Shown here: positions 1 through 9,439 of the stretch, piece by piece
Layout: the number at the start of each line of letters is the position of its first letter
Numbering within the stretch: the stretch's first letter is position 1
Source of the DNA: Candidatus Eiseniibacteriota bacterium
Lineage (GTDB): Bacteria; Eisenbacteria; RBG-16-71-46; SZUA-252
NCBI GenBank assembly: GCA_035716005.1
Contig: DASTKG010000097.1
Location: forward strand, 4,202 to 68,201
Direction: 5' to 3'
DNA: 64,000 nucleotides
Made by a program: the position numbers and the translations under genes
Notes under the pieces: generated by a model
The model's input: only the letters and a program-made list of their open reading frames with translations
Databases searched by the model: none
Told to the model about the DNA's origin: nothing

Positions 1-643
1 GGCTTTCGTCCGCTCCACGCGGGCGCGGTCGACCTTGGCCCTCGCGTCGGCCGCGTCGAGATCGGCCTGGGAGACGAGGCCGCGCGACAGGAGCTCCGCG
101 CTCCGCTTCAGCTCCAGCTCCGATTGATCCCGGTTCGCCTTCGCCTCCTCGTGCGCCGCCTTCGCCGAGGCGAGCGCGGCGCGGGCGGCCTCGACGGCGG
201 TCCGCTGGTCCTGATTCCGGAGGACCCCCATCACCGCGCCCTTCTCGACGCGGCTCCCCTCGCCGACGTAGAGCGCCTCGAGCCGTCCGGCGACCTCCGA
301 GGAGACCGAGGCTCGCTGACGCGCGACGACGTAGCCGTTCGCGGTCAGGACCTCGGACGCGGGGGGCCGCCGCGCCGGGCACTCCGCCCATCGCCTCCAC
401 GCGGACGACGGTCACGTCGAGGGGGCGAAACGCGCGGAGGGCCAGGAACCCGCCGCCGACCACGACGACGGCCGCCGCCGCGACGAGCGCGATCCGGAGC
501 GCGCGCCCGCTCCCTTCCGGGGCGGGCGCGTCTCGATCGATGGAGAGTCCGGAGAGGTCGGGGCGGGCCGGACGGCCGGGCGAGCCGGCGGCGCCGGCGG
601 ATCCCGGCGATCCTGGCGATCCGGGGGACGACGAATCGCTCAC
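1..643 (-). pseudogene. RND/MacA-type efflux periplasmic adaptor (membrane fusion protein), 3' end off the window, with a frameshift in the G6 run at 361-366
   Basis: A GTG at 643 overlaps the metE stop (GTGA). It reads ...DLSGLSIDR...RIALVAAAAVVVVGGGFLAL (TM anchor)...GGVPGAAAP in one frame, then ASEVLTANGYVVARQRASVSSEVAGRLEALYVGEGSRVEKG (lipoyl-like MFP motif) plus a coiled coil in another frame. The downstream frame hits a stop at 412-414 if extended upstream. Not in the ORF track. Confidence 0.72.
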
Positions 644-1617
644 GCGGTGATGCCCTTCTCGGCGCGCACCTCGCGAACGGCGGCCACCATCGCCTCGAGC
701 TTGGCGAACGCCTCCTCGACGGTGCGCGTCTTCAGGCCGCAGTCGGGGTCGACGTACATCTGCTCCGGCTTCAGGACCTCGAGCCCGCGGAGGATCCCTT
801 CCTTGATCTCCTCTTTCGTCTCGATCCGGTGGCTGTGGACGTCGAGGACGCCGTAGCCGATCTCCTTCGTGAACGGATGCGTGCGGAACCGATCGAGCAA
901 ATCGTACCGGCTGTTCGCCAGCTCGAGGTCGATCTGGTCGACCGGGAGATCGAGGAGCGCCGGGTAGATGACGTCGAAGTCGCCGTAGCAGATGTGCGTG
1001 ATCGTCTTCGCCTTGATCCCCTGCGTCGCGCGGGCGAAGGCCTTCACGGCGAGCGGCAGCTCCTCGGGACGGACGGAGATCGCGGGCTCGTCGATCTGGA
1101 TGTACTTCGCGCCGGCCTCCTGGAGCGCCAGCGCTTCCTCGTTGATCGCGGCGGCGAGGTCCATCGTCATCGCCTCGCGTGACGGATAGTGCTCGTTGAA
1201 CGACCAGTCCATCATCGTGTAGGGGCCGGTCAGCATCCCCTTGATCGGCTTCTTCGTCTGCGCTTGGGCGAACTTCCACCACTCCACCGTCCAGGGCGTG
1301 GTGCGGCGGATCGGCCCGACGGCGATCGGCTTCCGGTAGTAGCGGTTGCCGTAGGAGCGGACGGGATTCGAGATGGCGTAGCCGGGCGTCAGCTCGGCGA
1401 AGTAGGTGGTCATGTCGCCGCGGTAGAGCTCGCCGTCGACGAGGAGATCGAGCCCGATCGCCTCCTGGCGCCGGATGACCTTCACCGTCTCCGCGCGCTC
1501 CATCTCGCGGAGCGCCTCCGCGGTCATCTCGCCGCGCGCGGCCTGCTGGCGCGCCCGCTCGAGTTCGGGAGGCTTCGGGAAGCTGCCGACCGTGGTGGTC
1601 CAGAGTCCGCGAGCCAT
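640..1617 (-). CDS. metE: Cobalamin-independent methionine synthase, catalytic (C-terminal-barrel-like) subunit, 325 aa
   Basis: Start MARGLWTTTVGSFPKP. Contains KGMLTGPYT and IQIDEPA, plus the Zn ligand motifs THICYGD and VDPDCGLK. Confidence 0.88.
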   Translation of the reverse strand: MARGLWTTTVGSFPKPPELERARQQAARGEMTAEALREMERAETVKVIRRQEAIGLDLLVDGELYRGDMTTYFAELTPGYAISNPVRSYGNRYYRKPIAVGPIRRTTPWTVEWWKFAQAQTKKPIKGMLTGPYTMMDWSFNEHYPSREAMTMDLAAAINEEALALQEAGAKYIQIDEPAISVRPEELPLAVKAFARATQGIKAKTITHICYGDFDVIYPALLDLPVDQIDLELANSRYDLLDRFRTHPFTKEIGYGVLDVHSHRIETKEEIKEGILRGLEVLKPEQMYVDPDCGLKTRTVEEAFAKLEAMVAAVREVRAEKGITA

Positions 1618-1619
1618 GG

Positions 1620-2603
1620 TCACGCCCCTCCCTTCGCGGCCAGCGCCGCACCCGCGACGAGGCGTTTCAGTTTCTCCTCCGCGCGATCCGCGGGAAGGTA
1701 TTCGAGGCTCGCCGTGGGCGAGACCTGATAGTCGAGATCGGAACGGATCGAGCGCGCCTTCGCCACGCCCGCGGCGATGGCGGCCGGCTCCTCGAGCCGC
1801 GTGTTCCGCGCGTCGACGAGGCCGAGCGCGACGGCGCGCCCCTTCGGGACGCGCGGCAGAAGATCCCACCCCGATGGATCGCCGACGAGATCGAGGCCGA
1901 TGCCGCTCCAGGGGAGATCGGCGATCGAATCGAAGACCGCGGTCGGCGCCGCGAAGGGAACGTGGATCATCGTCTTCGCCTTCCGGCCGGCGAGGAACGC
2001 CTCGAGTCCGGCGCGCACCGCCTTCGCGTCGGCCGCTTTCGCGCGGCCGATCCACGGCTCCTCGAGGTGAATCCAGGTCGCGCCTGCCTCTTCGAGCGCC
2101 GCCGCCTCCCGCCCGAGCGCCGCGCCGAGCGCGCGGGCGCCCTCCACGGCGTCGCCGTAGCGGAGGTCCTTGGAGAACCGGTAGAGCGAATAGGGACCGG
2201 GGAGGAACGCCTTCAGCGGGCGATCGCTCGCCGCCTGGGCCTCGCGAAATTCCTCCGCCGTGATCGGCTTCGTCCACTGGACCGGACCGACGATCTCCGG
2301 CTGGCGATAGTAGGTGTTCGTGTCGAGATACCGGATGAGCCCCGCGATCCGGATTCCCTCGAGGCCGCGCGCGACGTAGGTCTGCGCGTCGTCCCAGCCC
2401 GCCTGCCCTTCCATCGGAACGTCGATGCCGAGCCGGTTCTGGAGCGCGACCATGCGCCGCGTCGTGGCGCGAACCGCGTCCGCCACGTCCTGGTCGGTCG
2501 CCTTCCCGGCGTCCTTCCGGTTCCGCACGACGCGGAGATTCACGTCGCCGGCGGCGGTCGGAAGCTTCGGATAGCTGCCTGCTAGGGTCGTATGGAGCGT
2601 CAC
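1620..2603 (-). CDS. MetE N-terminal-half-like protein (non-catalytic partner of a split MetE), 327 aa
   Basis: GTG start with a GGAGG RBS. TTLAGSYPK, LPGPYSL, WIHLEEP and LGLVDARNTRLE are MetE-barrel motifs. The HxC and PDCG zinc ligands are replaced (IHVPF, SPTASL). Confidence 0.72.
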   Translation of the reverse strand: MTLHTTLAGSYPKLPTAAGDVNLRVVRNRKDAGKATDQDVADAVRATTRRMVALQNRLGIDVPMEGQAGWDDAQTYVARGLEGIRIAGLIRYLDTNTYYRQPEIVGPVQWTKPITAEEFREAQAASDRPLKAFLPGPYSLYRFSKDLRYGDAVEGARALGAALGREAAALEEAGATWIHLEEPWIGRAKAADAKAVRAGLEAFLAGRKAKTMIHVPFAAPTAVFDSIADLPWSGIGLDLVGDPSGWDLLPRVPKGRAVALGLVDARNTRLEEPAAIAAGVAKARSIRSDLDYQVSPTASLEYLPADRAEEKLKRLVAGAALAAKGGA

Positions 2604-2689
2604 GTCTCCCCCTCCTTGGACGTCGTGTGGGTGAAGTTCATGAGGGTATCACGGAGGAGGCGGTCGGTCATCCGGCCGGAGGGCCGCGC

Positions 2690-3178
2690 TCAGGGCTTCT
2701 TCGGGGCCTCGGCGGGCGGCGCGGGTTCGCAGACGGGGCATCCCTTGTCGAAGATCACGCGCCACTTGCCGTCCGATTCGAGCCGCCAGATGGAGTTGAA
2801 CGTTCCGATCAGCTTCCCGTCGGGATCGTGCACGGGTCCGGCGCTCAGCGCGAGCGTCCCCGAGTCGAGGACCTCCACCGTTTCCGGCTCCCAGGAGAAG
2901 GGCGCCGTGGGGCCGTCGAAGAAGCGGGACCACGCTCCCACGACGGCGTCGCGGCCGCGAAGCGGCCCCTTCCCGCCGAAGAAGATCGACTCCTTCGCCA
3001 CGTGGTCGGCGAAGGCGCCGAGCTGCCGATCGGCCATCGTCTTCGCGAAGGCCCGCTCCGCCTCCCGGACCTGATTCGCAAGCTCCTGGTTCGTGGCCGC
3101 CATGGCCGTCCCTCCGAATCCACCGATTCCGGCGCAGCCCAACGAGGCGGCCAGCGCGATCGCGACGACGAGTCTCAT
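2690..3178 (-). CDS. Secreted NTF2-like (DUF4440/SnoaL-like) protein, 162 aa
   Basis: The ATG overlaps the MFS stop (ATGA). Signal-like N-terminus, then AERAFAK...GRDAV...W...GTFNSIWRLESDGKWRVIFDKG, typical of DUF4440. Confidence 0.7.
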   Translation of the reverse strand: MRLVVAIALAASLGCAGIGGFGGTAMAATNQELANQVREAERAFAKTMADRQLGAFADHVAKESIFFGGKGPLRGRDAVVGAWSRFFDGPTAPFSWEPETVEVLDSGTLALSAGPVHDPDGKLIGTFNSIWRLESDGKWRVIFDKGCPVCEPAPPAEAPKKP

Positions 3179-4434
3179 ACAGTGCTCCTTTCCGGCTCCC
3201 GTTCGGGGTCCCGTTCGGGTTCCACGATCCTCGGCCAAAGTCCGACCAGGATCACGAAGAAAACGGCGCTCGAGACGAAGAAGACGGCCCTCATGCCGAA
3301 AATGCCCGCCAGCGCGCCGCCGACCAGCGGCCCGGCCATGTTCCCGAGCATGAGGGCCGTCGAGGTCACCCCCAGGGTGCCGGCCCTCCGGTTGTCGGGG
3401 GCGCGAAGTCCGATCATGGCGTGCACGGAGGGGACGATGCCCCCGATCATGAGCCCGTACGGAATTCGCATGAGGAAGAGGTGCCACGGCGCCATGGCCA
3501 GGCCCTGCGGCACGGCGAAGATGCCGGCGCCGAGCACGGCCCGGCGAAGCGTCTCCTTGTAGCCGTGCTTGTCGCTCCGGCGCCCCCACCGCGGGGAGGC
3601 CGCGATGTTCGCGACCCCGGTGACGGCGATGATCGCGCCGGTCGTGGTGGCGATGAGGCGGCCCTGGGCGCCCAGATCCTCCACGAAAAGGGCCATGATC
3701 GGCACGAGCGACATGAGGGCGAACTGGGAGAGGAGGAGGACGAAGAAGAGGAGGCGGAGCTGCGAGCTCCCGAAGACGAAGCGGTAGTTCTCCACGATCT
3801 GCTCCACGCCCCCCTCCGCCTTCGGCCGCTCCGTCTCCCGAACGGAGAGCCAGACCACGAGCCCCGCCAGAACGTTGAACCCGCAGGTGACGAAGAAGAT
3901 GTTTCGCGCTCCGATGATGTCCGACAGGACGCCGCCCACGAGGGGCCCGATGATCGTCCCGCTCGGGACCGACGTCTGGAGCGCGCCGAGCGCGTAGCCC
4001 ATCCGGTCGCGCGGCGCGGCGGAGGCCATGAGGGCGACCGCCGCCGCGATGAACCCGCTGATGGCGCCCTGGAAGACGCGGAGGAGGAGGAGCTGGCTCG
4101 CGGAGGTCGCGAATCCCATGAGGCCCGTGATGAGCGCGAGCCCGAAGGAGGCCCGCATCACCATGAGCTTCCGCCCGTGCCGGTCGCCGAAGTAGCCCCA
4201 GATCGGGGTGGCGATGGTGGCGGCGAAGAAGGGGGCCGCGAAGATGAGGCCCGACATCGTCTCGAGCTCGCCCTTCCCGGTCACGCCGAGCGTTCGAAGG
4301 TAGAGCGGGAGGAACGGCAGGAACATGCTCATGCCGAGCATGGTCAGGAACTGCGCCAGCCAGAGCGCGCCGAGCGTCCGCTTCCAGGGCGCGGCGTCCT
4401 TCCCGGCTCCCAGCGTTTCGGAGATGAAGTTCAG
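3175..4434 (-). CDS. MFS transporter, DHA1/MdtG-like
   Basis: About 12 hydrophobic segments, motif A (WGYFGDRHGRK) and RVFQGAISGF. The frame stays open upstream of ATG 4341 (WKRTLGALWLAQFL) to a CTG at 4434 with GGAGG just upstream. The start is uncertain. Confidence 0.82.
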   Translation of the reverse strand: MNFISETLGAGKDAAPWKRTLGALWLAQFLTMLGMSMFLPFLPLYLRTLGVTGKGELETMSGLIFAAPFFAATIATPIWGYFGDRHGRKLMVMRASFGLALITGLMGFATSASQLLLLRVFQGAISGFIAAAVALMASAAPRDRMGYALGALQTSVPSGTIIGPLVGGVLSDIIGARNIFFVTCGFNVLAGLVVWLSVRETERPKAEGGVEQIVENYRFVFGSSQLRLLFFVLLLSQFALMSLVPIMALFVEDLGAQGRLIATTTGAIIAVTGVANIAASPRWGRRSDKHGYKETLRRAVLGAGIFAVPQGLAMAPWHLFLMRIPYGLMIGGIVPSVHAMIGLRAPDNRRAGTLGVTSTALMLGNMAGPLVGGALAGIFGMRAVFFVSSAVFFVILVGLWPRIVEPERDPEREPERSTV

Positions 4435-4444
4435 AGTCCTCCCG

Positions 4445-4801
4445 CTAGAGCGGCGCGGAACCGCCCGCGGCAGCGGCCGTGCAGGCGTCGCAGGGACAGA
4501 TCCGACGCAGATAGTCGAAGGAGTAGATGCCGGTCGTGTGGCCGTCGCTCCAGTCGAAGTGGAGCGCGTACTGCCCCACCGTCCGCGCCGCCGCGACGGC
4601 CACGTCGGGATTCACGTGCTCCTCGAAGACGAGCCGCTTCCCCGTCGTCTCGCTCACGCACTGGGCGCAGGGGCAGCGCCCGCGGAGATAGCGCGCGCCG
4701 TAGACGCTCTCGTGCCCGTCGGCCCACGTCACCGTGAGCCGCTCGCCCCCCTTCTTCTTCAGCGCGACCGGAGTCGTCTGCTCGGGGGTGAGCGGGATCA
4801 C
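4445..4801 (-). CDS. DUF971 / GBBH-N-like protein
   Basis: LTVTWADGHES...YLRGRCPCAQC...VGQYALHFDWSDGHTTGIYSFDYLR matches the DUF971 pattern. It lies directly downstream of Mrp. Confidence 0.75.
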   Translation of the reverse strand: MIPLTPEQTTPVALKKKGGERLTVTWADGHESVYGARYLRGRCPCAQCVSETTGKRLVFEEHVNPDVAVAAARTVGQYALHFDWSDGHTTGIYSFDYLRRICPCDACTAAAAGGSAPL

Positions 4802-4802
4802 G

Positions 4803-5888
4803 TCACTCCTCCACGATGCTGAGCGCGATGTTCTTGAAGGCCTGCATGCTCACCTGCTGCGCCAGACGCCCCGTGATCTCGCGGAACGCCGTCCCCGACG
4901 GCGACTCCGGCTCCGCGATGGAGACCGGCGTGCCGCGGTCGGCGTAGCGGCGGATGGCGACGTCGAGCGGGATCTCGCCGAGGAACGGGATCTTCATCCC
5001 GTCGGCCGCGCTCTTCGCGCCGCCGTGTCCGAAGATGTCGTCGCGCTCCCCGCAGTGGGGGCAGACGTAGAACGACATGTTCTCCACGATGCCGAGGATC
5101 GGAACCTTCGTCTGCTGGAACATGCGAAGGGTCTTCATGGAGATCTGGAGACCCACGTCCTGCGGCGTCGAGACGATGACCGCCCCCGTCACGGGCACGG
5201 TCTGCACGAGCGTGAGGTGGACGTCGCCCGTGCCGGGCGGGAGATCGACGACGAGATAGTCGAGCTCGCCCCAGTTGACGCCGAGGAGGCACTGCTGGAG
5301 CGCCTTGTGCGCCATCGGTCCGCGCCAGATGAGGGGCTGATCGCCCGGCGTGAGATACCCCATCGACATGAGCTTCACGCCGTGAGCCAGGCCGGGAACG
5401 ATCGTGTTGTCGGCCTGAGGCTCGGCCGGCGTCCCCGACTGCATCATGATCGGGATGCTCGGGCCGTAGATGTCGGCGTCGAGGAGCCCGACGCGGGCGC
5501 CGGTCGAGGAGAGGGTCGCGGCGAGATTGGCGGCGACCGTCGATTTTCCGACGCCCCCCTTTCCGCTCCCGACCGCGATGATGTTCCGGACCGTCTTCAG
5601 CGCCGAGGTGTCGGGCGCCTGCGCGCGGCGCACTTCCGCGGTCATGTTGACCCGCACGTCGGTGGCGCCGGGCACCTTCGAGAGGACCGCTTGCCGGGAC
5701 TGGTCGCGAAGACGATCCTTGACCGGGCAGGCGGGGGTCGTCAGGTTCACGTCGAACGCGACCACGCTCCCTTCGATCTTGAGATTGCGGATGAAGCCGA
5801 GGGAGACGATATCGCGATGGAGATCCGGATCCATGACGGACCGGAGGGCATCCAAGACTTGGGCTTCGGTGATGGCGGGGCCGCTCAT
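4803..5888 (-). CDS. mrp: Mrp/NBP35 (ApbC) Fe-S cluster carrier ATPase with N-terminal DUF59-like domain
   Basis: VMDPDLHRDIVSLGF, deviant Walker A GKGGVGKS, DADIYGPS, VDLPPGTGD, ENMS and CPHC. Confidence 0.92.
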   Translation of the reverse strand: MSGPAITEAQVLDALRSVMDPDLHRDIVSLGFIRNLKIEGSVVAFDVNLTTPACPVKDRLRDQSRQAVLSKVPGATDVRVNMTAEVRRAQAPDTSALKTVRNIIAVGSGKGGVGKSTVAANLAATLSSTGARVGLLDADIYGPSIPIMMQSGTPAEPQADNTIVPGLAHGVKLMSMGYLTPGDQPLIWRGPMAHKALQQCLLGVNWGELDYLVVDLPPGTGDVHLTLVQTVPVTGAVIVSTPQDVGLQISMKTLRMFQQTKVPILGIVENMSFYVCPHCGERDDIFGHGGAKSAADGMKIPFLGEIPLDVAIRRYADRGTPVSIAEPESPSGTAFREITGRLAQQVSMQAFKNIALSIVEE

Positions 5889-6033
5889 GATTGCCTCAAT
5901 ATGGAGGTTACGGGGGGCGCTGTGAGCGCTCGATCGTAGCAGTCTCGCGCTCCTCCCGGTACGGGAAAGCCTGGCCGCCCGCCGATCGTCCGGCGCTGTA
6001 AGGAAACCGGAGGCCCTTCGTCTACAGACGCGT

Positions 6034-8298
6034 ATGAACGAACGAACGATGCAACCTTCCGCGCCCCACGAGGCGCGCCTCTCGATCCACGGCATGACCT
6101 GCGCGGGCTGCGTGTCGGCGGTGGAGCACGCCCTGAAGCGCGTCCCGGGCGTGGCGGAGGCGAGCGTGAACCTCGCCACCGAGGAGGCGCTCGTCCGGTT
6201 CGAGCCCGACGGCGCGGGCGCGGTCTCCGTGGCGACCCTCGTCCAGGCGGTCGAATCGGCCGGCTATCGCGCGGCGCCTCGCGCCGCCTCGAGCGGAGCC
6301 GACCGCGAAGCGATGCGGCTCGCCGAGGAGCGCGCGAACCGGCGCCGGCTCCTCCTCGCCGCCGCGTGCGGCATTCCGCTCATGCTCGTCCATCTCTTCG
6401 TCCACGACATGAACTCGGCGAGGTGGCTCGGGCTCCTTCTCGCCACGCCCGTCTTCTGGATCGCGGGCTGGACCTTCCATCGCCGGACCGTGGTGGGCCT
6501 TCGTCACGGCATGTACGACATGAACACGCTCGTCACGCTCGGAACCGGCGCCGCCTACTTCTACAGCGTCGCCGTCACGCTCGCGCCCGGCTGGTTCGAG
6601 GCGACAGGGCTGGGCGGGCACGTCTACTACGACACCGCCGCCATGATCCTCGGCTTCGTGCTCCTGGGACGGCTCCTCGAATCGCGCGCTCGCCTGAAGA
6701 CGGGCCAGGCGGTGAAGGCGCTTCTCACGCGCCGCCCCGCGACCGCGCGACGGCTCGCCATGGCCTCGCCGCTCGCCGCGCGTGAAGAGCGGCCGCTCGA
6801 GTCGATCGCGCGCGGCGACTGGATCGAGATCCTCCCCGGGGAAACTGTTCCGGTGGACGGCCTCATCGAGCGCGGCAGCACCGAGGTCGACGAGTCGATG
6901 CTCACCGGCGAGCCCCTCCCGGTCGCGCGCGGCGTCGGCGATCCGCTGGCGGCGGGAACGCTCAACCGGAGCGCGCCGGTGCTCCTCCGCGCGACGCGCG
7001 TGGGGGACGACACCACGCTCGCCCGCATCGTCCGACTCGTGGAAGAGGCTCAAGGCGGGAAGGCGCCCCTCCAGGCGCTCGCCGATCGCGTGGCGGGACG
7101 CTTCGTGCCCGCCGTTCTCCTCATCGCGCTCGTCACCGCGGCCGTCTGGCTCCTCGTCGGACCGCCGCCTCCCATTCGCTACGCGCTCGTCGCGTTCGTG
7201 TCGGTCCTCATCATCGCCTGCCCCTGCGCCATGGGGCTCGCCACGCCGACCGCCATCCTGGTCGGGACCGGCGCCGGCGCGCGGCGAGGGATCCTCCTTC
7301 GCGGCGGCGAGGCGCTGGAGCGGGTGGGAAAACTCTCCACGGTCGTCCTCGACAAGACGGGCACGCTGACGCGCGGCGAGCCGTCGGTCGTCTCGTTCCA
7401 CGCGGCGCCCGGCCTGGACGCCGCGGAGGTGTTGAAGGCGGCCGCGGCCGTCGAATCGGGATCGGAGCATCCGATCGCGCGCGCCATCGTTCGCCACGCC
7501 CGCGCCGAGGGCGCGACGCGCCTTCCCCTCGCCGACGGCGTCAGCGTCATGCCGGGGCTCGGCGCCCAGGGTAAGGTCGGCGGCCGCTCCGTCCGCGTCG
7601 GCTCGTTCGAGTTCGCGGCGTTCGCCGGAAGAGCGCCCGAGGAACTGACCGCCGCCGCCGAGGCCGCCGCCGAACGGGGCGAGAGCGTCGCGTGGGTCGG
7701 CGTCGGCCCGGCCACGTCGGGCTTCTTCGCGCTCGAGGACTCGCCCCGAGAGGACGCGGCGAGCGCGGCCGCGCGGCTCAGGGCTCGCGGCCTTCGCCTC
7801 GTGCTCGCGACCGGCGACCGCGAAGCCCCGGCTCGCCGCCTCGCCGCGTCGCTCGGCATCGAGGAGGTCCACGCCTCCCTCTCGCCCGCCGACAAGGTGT
7901 CGCTCGTCCAGCGGCTTCAACAGGAGGGCGCCGTCGTGGCGATGGTGGGCGACGGCCTGAACGACGCCGCCGCGCTCGCGGCCGCCGACGTGGGGATCGC
8001 GATCGGGAGCGGTACCGACGTCGCGGTGGAGGCCTCCGACATCACGCTCGTGAGAGGCGGCCTCGGCGCGATCGCGGACGCTCTCGACCTCTCGCGCCGC
8101 ACGCGGCGCACGATCCTGGAAAACCTGGCCTGGGCCTTCGCCTACAACGTCGTCGCCATCCCCCTCGCGGCGGGAGCCCTCTTCCCCCTGACGGGGTGGC
8201 TCCTCCACCCCACGGTCGCGTCCGCGGCGATGGCCATGAGCAGTGTCTCGGTGGTGGGCAACAGCTTACGGCTTCGCGGCTGGAAGCCGGGGCGCTAG
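6034..8298 (+). CDS. copA: Copper-translocating P1B-type ATPase
   Basis: N-terminal GMTCAGC metal-binding domain, TGE, intramembrane CPC, DKTGTLT, SEHP, GDGLND, and YN plus MAMSS Cu(I) signatures. Confidence 0.92.
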   Translation: MNERTMQPSAPHEARLSIHGMTCAGCVSAVEHALKRVPGVAEASVNLATEEALVRFEPDGAGAVSVATLVQAVESAGYRAAPRAASSGADREAMRLAEERANRRRLLLAAACGIPLMLVHLFVHDMNSARWLGLLLATPVFWIAGWTFHRRTVVGLRHGMYDMNTLVTLGTGAAYFYSVAVTLAPGWFEATGLGGHVYYDTAAMILGFVLLGRLLESRARLKTGQAVKALLTRRPATARRLAMASPLAAREERPLESIARGDWIEILPGETVPVDGLIERGSTEVDESMLTGEPLPVARGVGDPLAAGTLNRSAPVLLRATRVGDDTTLARIVRLVEEAQGGKAPLQALADRVAGRFVPAVLLIALVTAAVWLLVGPPPPIRYALVAFVSVLIIACPCAMGLATPTAILVGTGAGARRGILLRGGEALERVGKLSTVVLDKTGTLTRGEPSVVSFHAAPGLDAAEVLKAAAAVESGSEHPIARAIVRHARAEGATRLPLADGVSVMPGLGAQGKVGGRSVRVGSFEFAAFAGRAPEELTAAAEAAAERGESVAWVGVGPATSGFFALEDSPREDAASAAARLRARGLRLVLATGDREAPARRLAASLGIEEVHASLSPADKVSLVQRLQQEGAVVAMVGDGLNDAAALAAADVGIAIGSGTDVAVEASDITLVRGGLGAIADALDLSRRTRRTILENLAWAFAYNVVAIPLAAGALFPLTGWLLHPTVASAAMAMSSVSVVGNSLRLRGWKPGR

Positions 8299-8409
8299 CC
8301 CCCGTCTGGCGGCCACGGTACCACTATGGTAGAGTTGCGGGCTGGCATGTCGCGCCCACCAGCGTGAATCGGGCACCCGCGCGCGACCGAACGACCTCAG
8401 GAGGGTTTC

Positions 8410-9375
8410 ATGGCCGTTTCGAACGACGAAATGAAGGGCCTCTACTATTACTTGAACCTCGTCCGGCAGGTCGACGAGCGCTGCCGGCGTCTCTTCAAGC
8501 AGGGCCGTTTCCAGGGGACCTTCTTCAGCGCCGTGGGACAGGAAGCGACGGTGGTCGGCCCCTGCTACGGGCTCCGTCCCGACGACTTCATCGGCATCCA
8601 GCATCGCGAGATCGGCGCCGTCATCACGAAGGGGATGCCGATCAAGTACCTCATGGCGCAGCTCTTCGCGCGGAAGGACAGCCCCGACCGCGGCAAGAGC
8701 CACCCCTGCCACTACGGGTGGAAGCCGATGGGGATCGTCACCCCCGCGTCCACCATCGCGGCGCAGACGGTCATCGTCACCGGCTCCGCGCTCGCCTGGA
8801 AGATCCAGAAGAAGGACAACGCGGCGGTCTGCTTCGTCGGCGAGGGCGCCACGTCGAACGGCGTCTGGCACGAGGCGTTGAACTTCGCCGGCGTCCACAA
8901 GCTCGCCTGCGTCTTCGTGGTCCAGAACAACCTCTGGGCCGAATCGGTCCCCGCGCGCCTCGGCGTTCCGCTCGAGAACGTGTCGGATCGCGCGAAGGCC
9001 TACGGGATGCCGGGCATCACGATCGACGGAAACGACCTCCTCCTCGTCTACGAGACGTCGCAGGAGGCGGTCCGGCGCGCTCGCCGCGGCGAGGGCCCGA
9101 CGCTCATCGAGATGAAAACCTACCGCTGGTACGGACACTCGGAGATCGACCCGGCCAACTACCGGACGCCCGAGGAGGTCGACTACTGGAAGAAGCGGGA
9201 TCCGGTTCCGCGGTACGAGCGGCTCCTGATGGAGCGCGGCATCATCGACGAGACGTACAAGCAGGCCACGCTCCAGCGGATCGAGCGGGAGATCGAGGAG
9301 GCGATCGAGTTCGCCGAGCGCTCCCCGCATCCCGATCCGAGCGAGATCCTGGAGGACGTCTACGCCCCGCTCTAA
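8410..9375 (+). CDS. 2-oxoacid dehydrogenase E1 alpha subunit (TPP-dependent; substrate uncertain)
   Basis: GQEA, TPP motif GEGATSNG...LNFA...NN, TYRWYGHS and RDP. GGAGG RBS. Confidence 0.9.
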   Translation: MAVSNDEMKGLYYYLNLVRQVDERCRRLFKQGRFQGTFFSAVGQEATVVGPCYGLRPDDFIGIQHREIGAVITKGMPIKYLMAQLFARKDSPDRGKSHPCHYGWKPMGIVTPASTIAAQTVIVTGSALAWKIQKKDNAAVCFVGEGATSNGVWHEALNFAGVHKLACVFVVQNNLWAESVPARLGVPLENVSDRAKAYGMPGITIDGNDLLLVYETSQEAVRRARRGEGPTLIEMKTYRWYGHSEIDPANYRTPEEVDYWKKRDPVPRYERLLMERGIIDETYKQATLQRIEREIEEAIEFAERSPHPDPSEILEDVYAPL

Positions 9376-9439
9376 GCGCGCCTCGGCGCGCCCGAGCGGC
9401 GCGAGCCGCCTCCCCGGGAAGGCCCCGCGCGAGTCGCGG

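Noticed and set aside
590-632. Short tandem repeats (SPG x3 here; EPERDPERE at about 3190-3225)
   Set aside because: These are low-complexity coding repeats in flexible termini. They are not CRISPR, REP or VNTR arrays.
2604-2689. Possible SAM or cobalamin riboswitch upstream of the metE pair
   Set aside because: The gap is only about 85 bp and I found none of the SAM-I or cobalamin core motifs on the minus strand.
8319-8331. Palindrome TACCACTATGGTA upstream of E1 alpha, loosely CsoR-like and next to copA
   Set aside because: It is short, lies downstream of copA rather than at its promoter, and probably just overlaps a -10 element. There is no supporting second copy.
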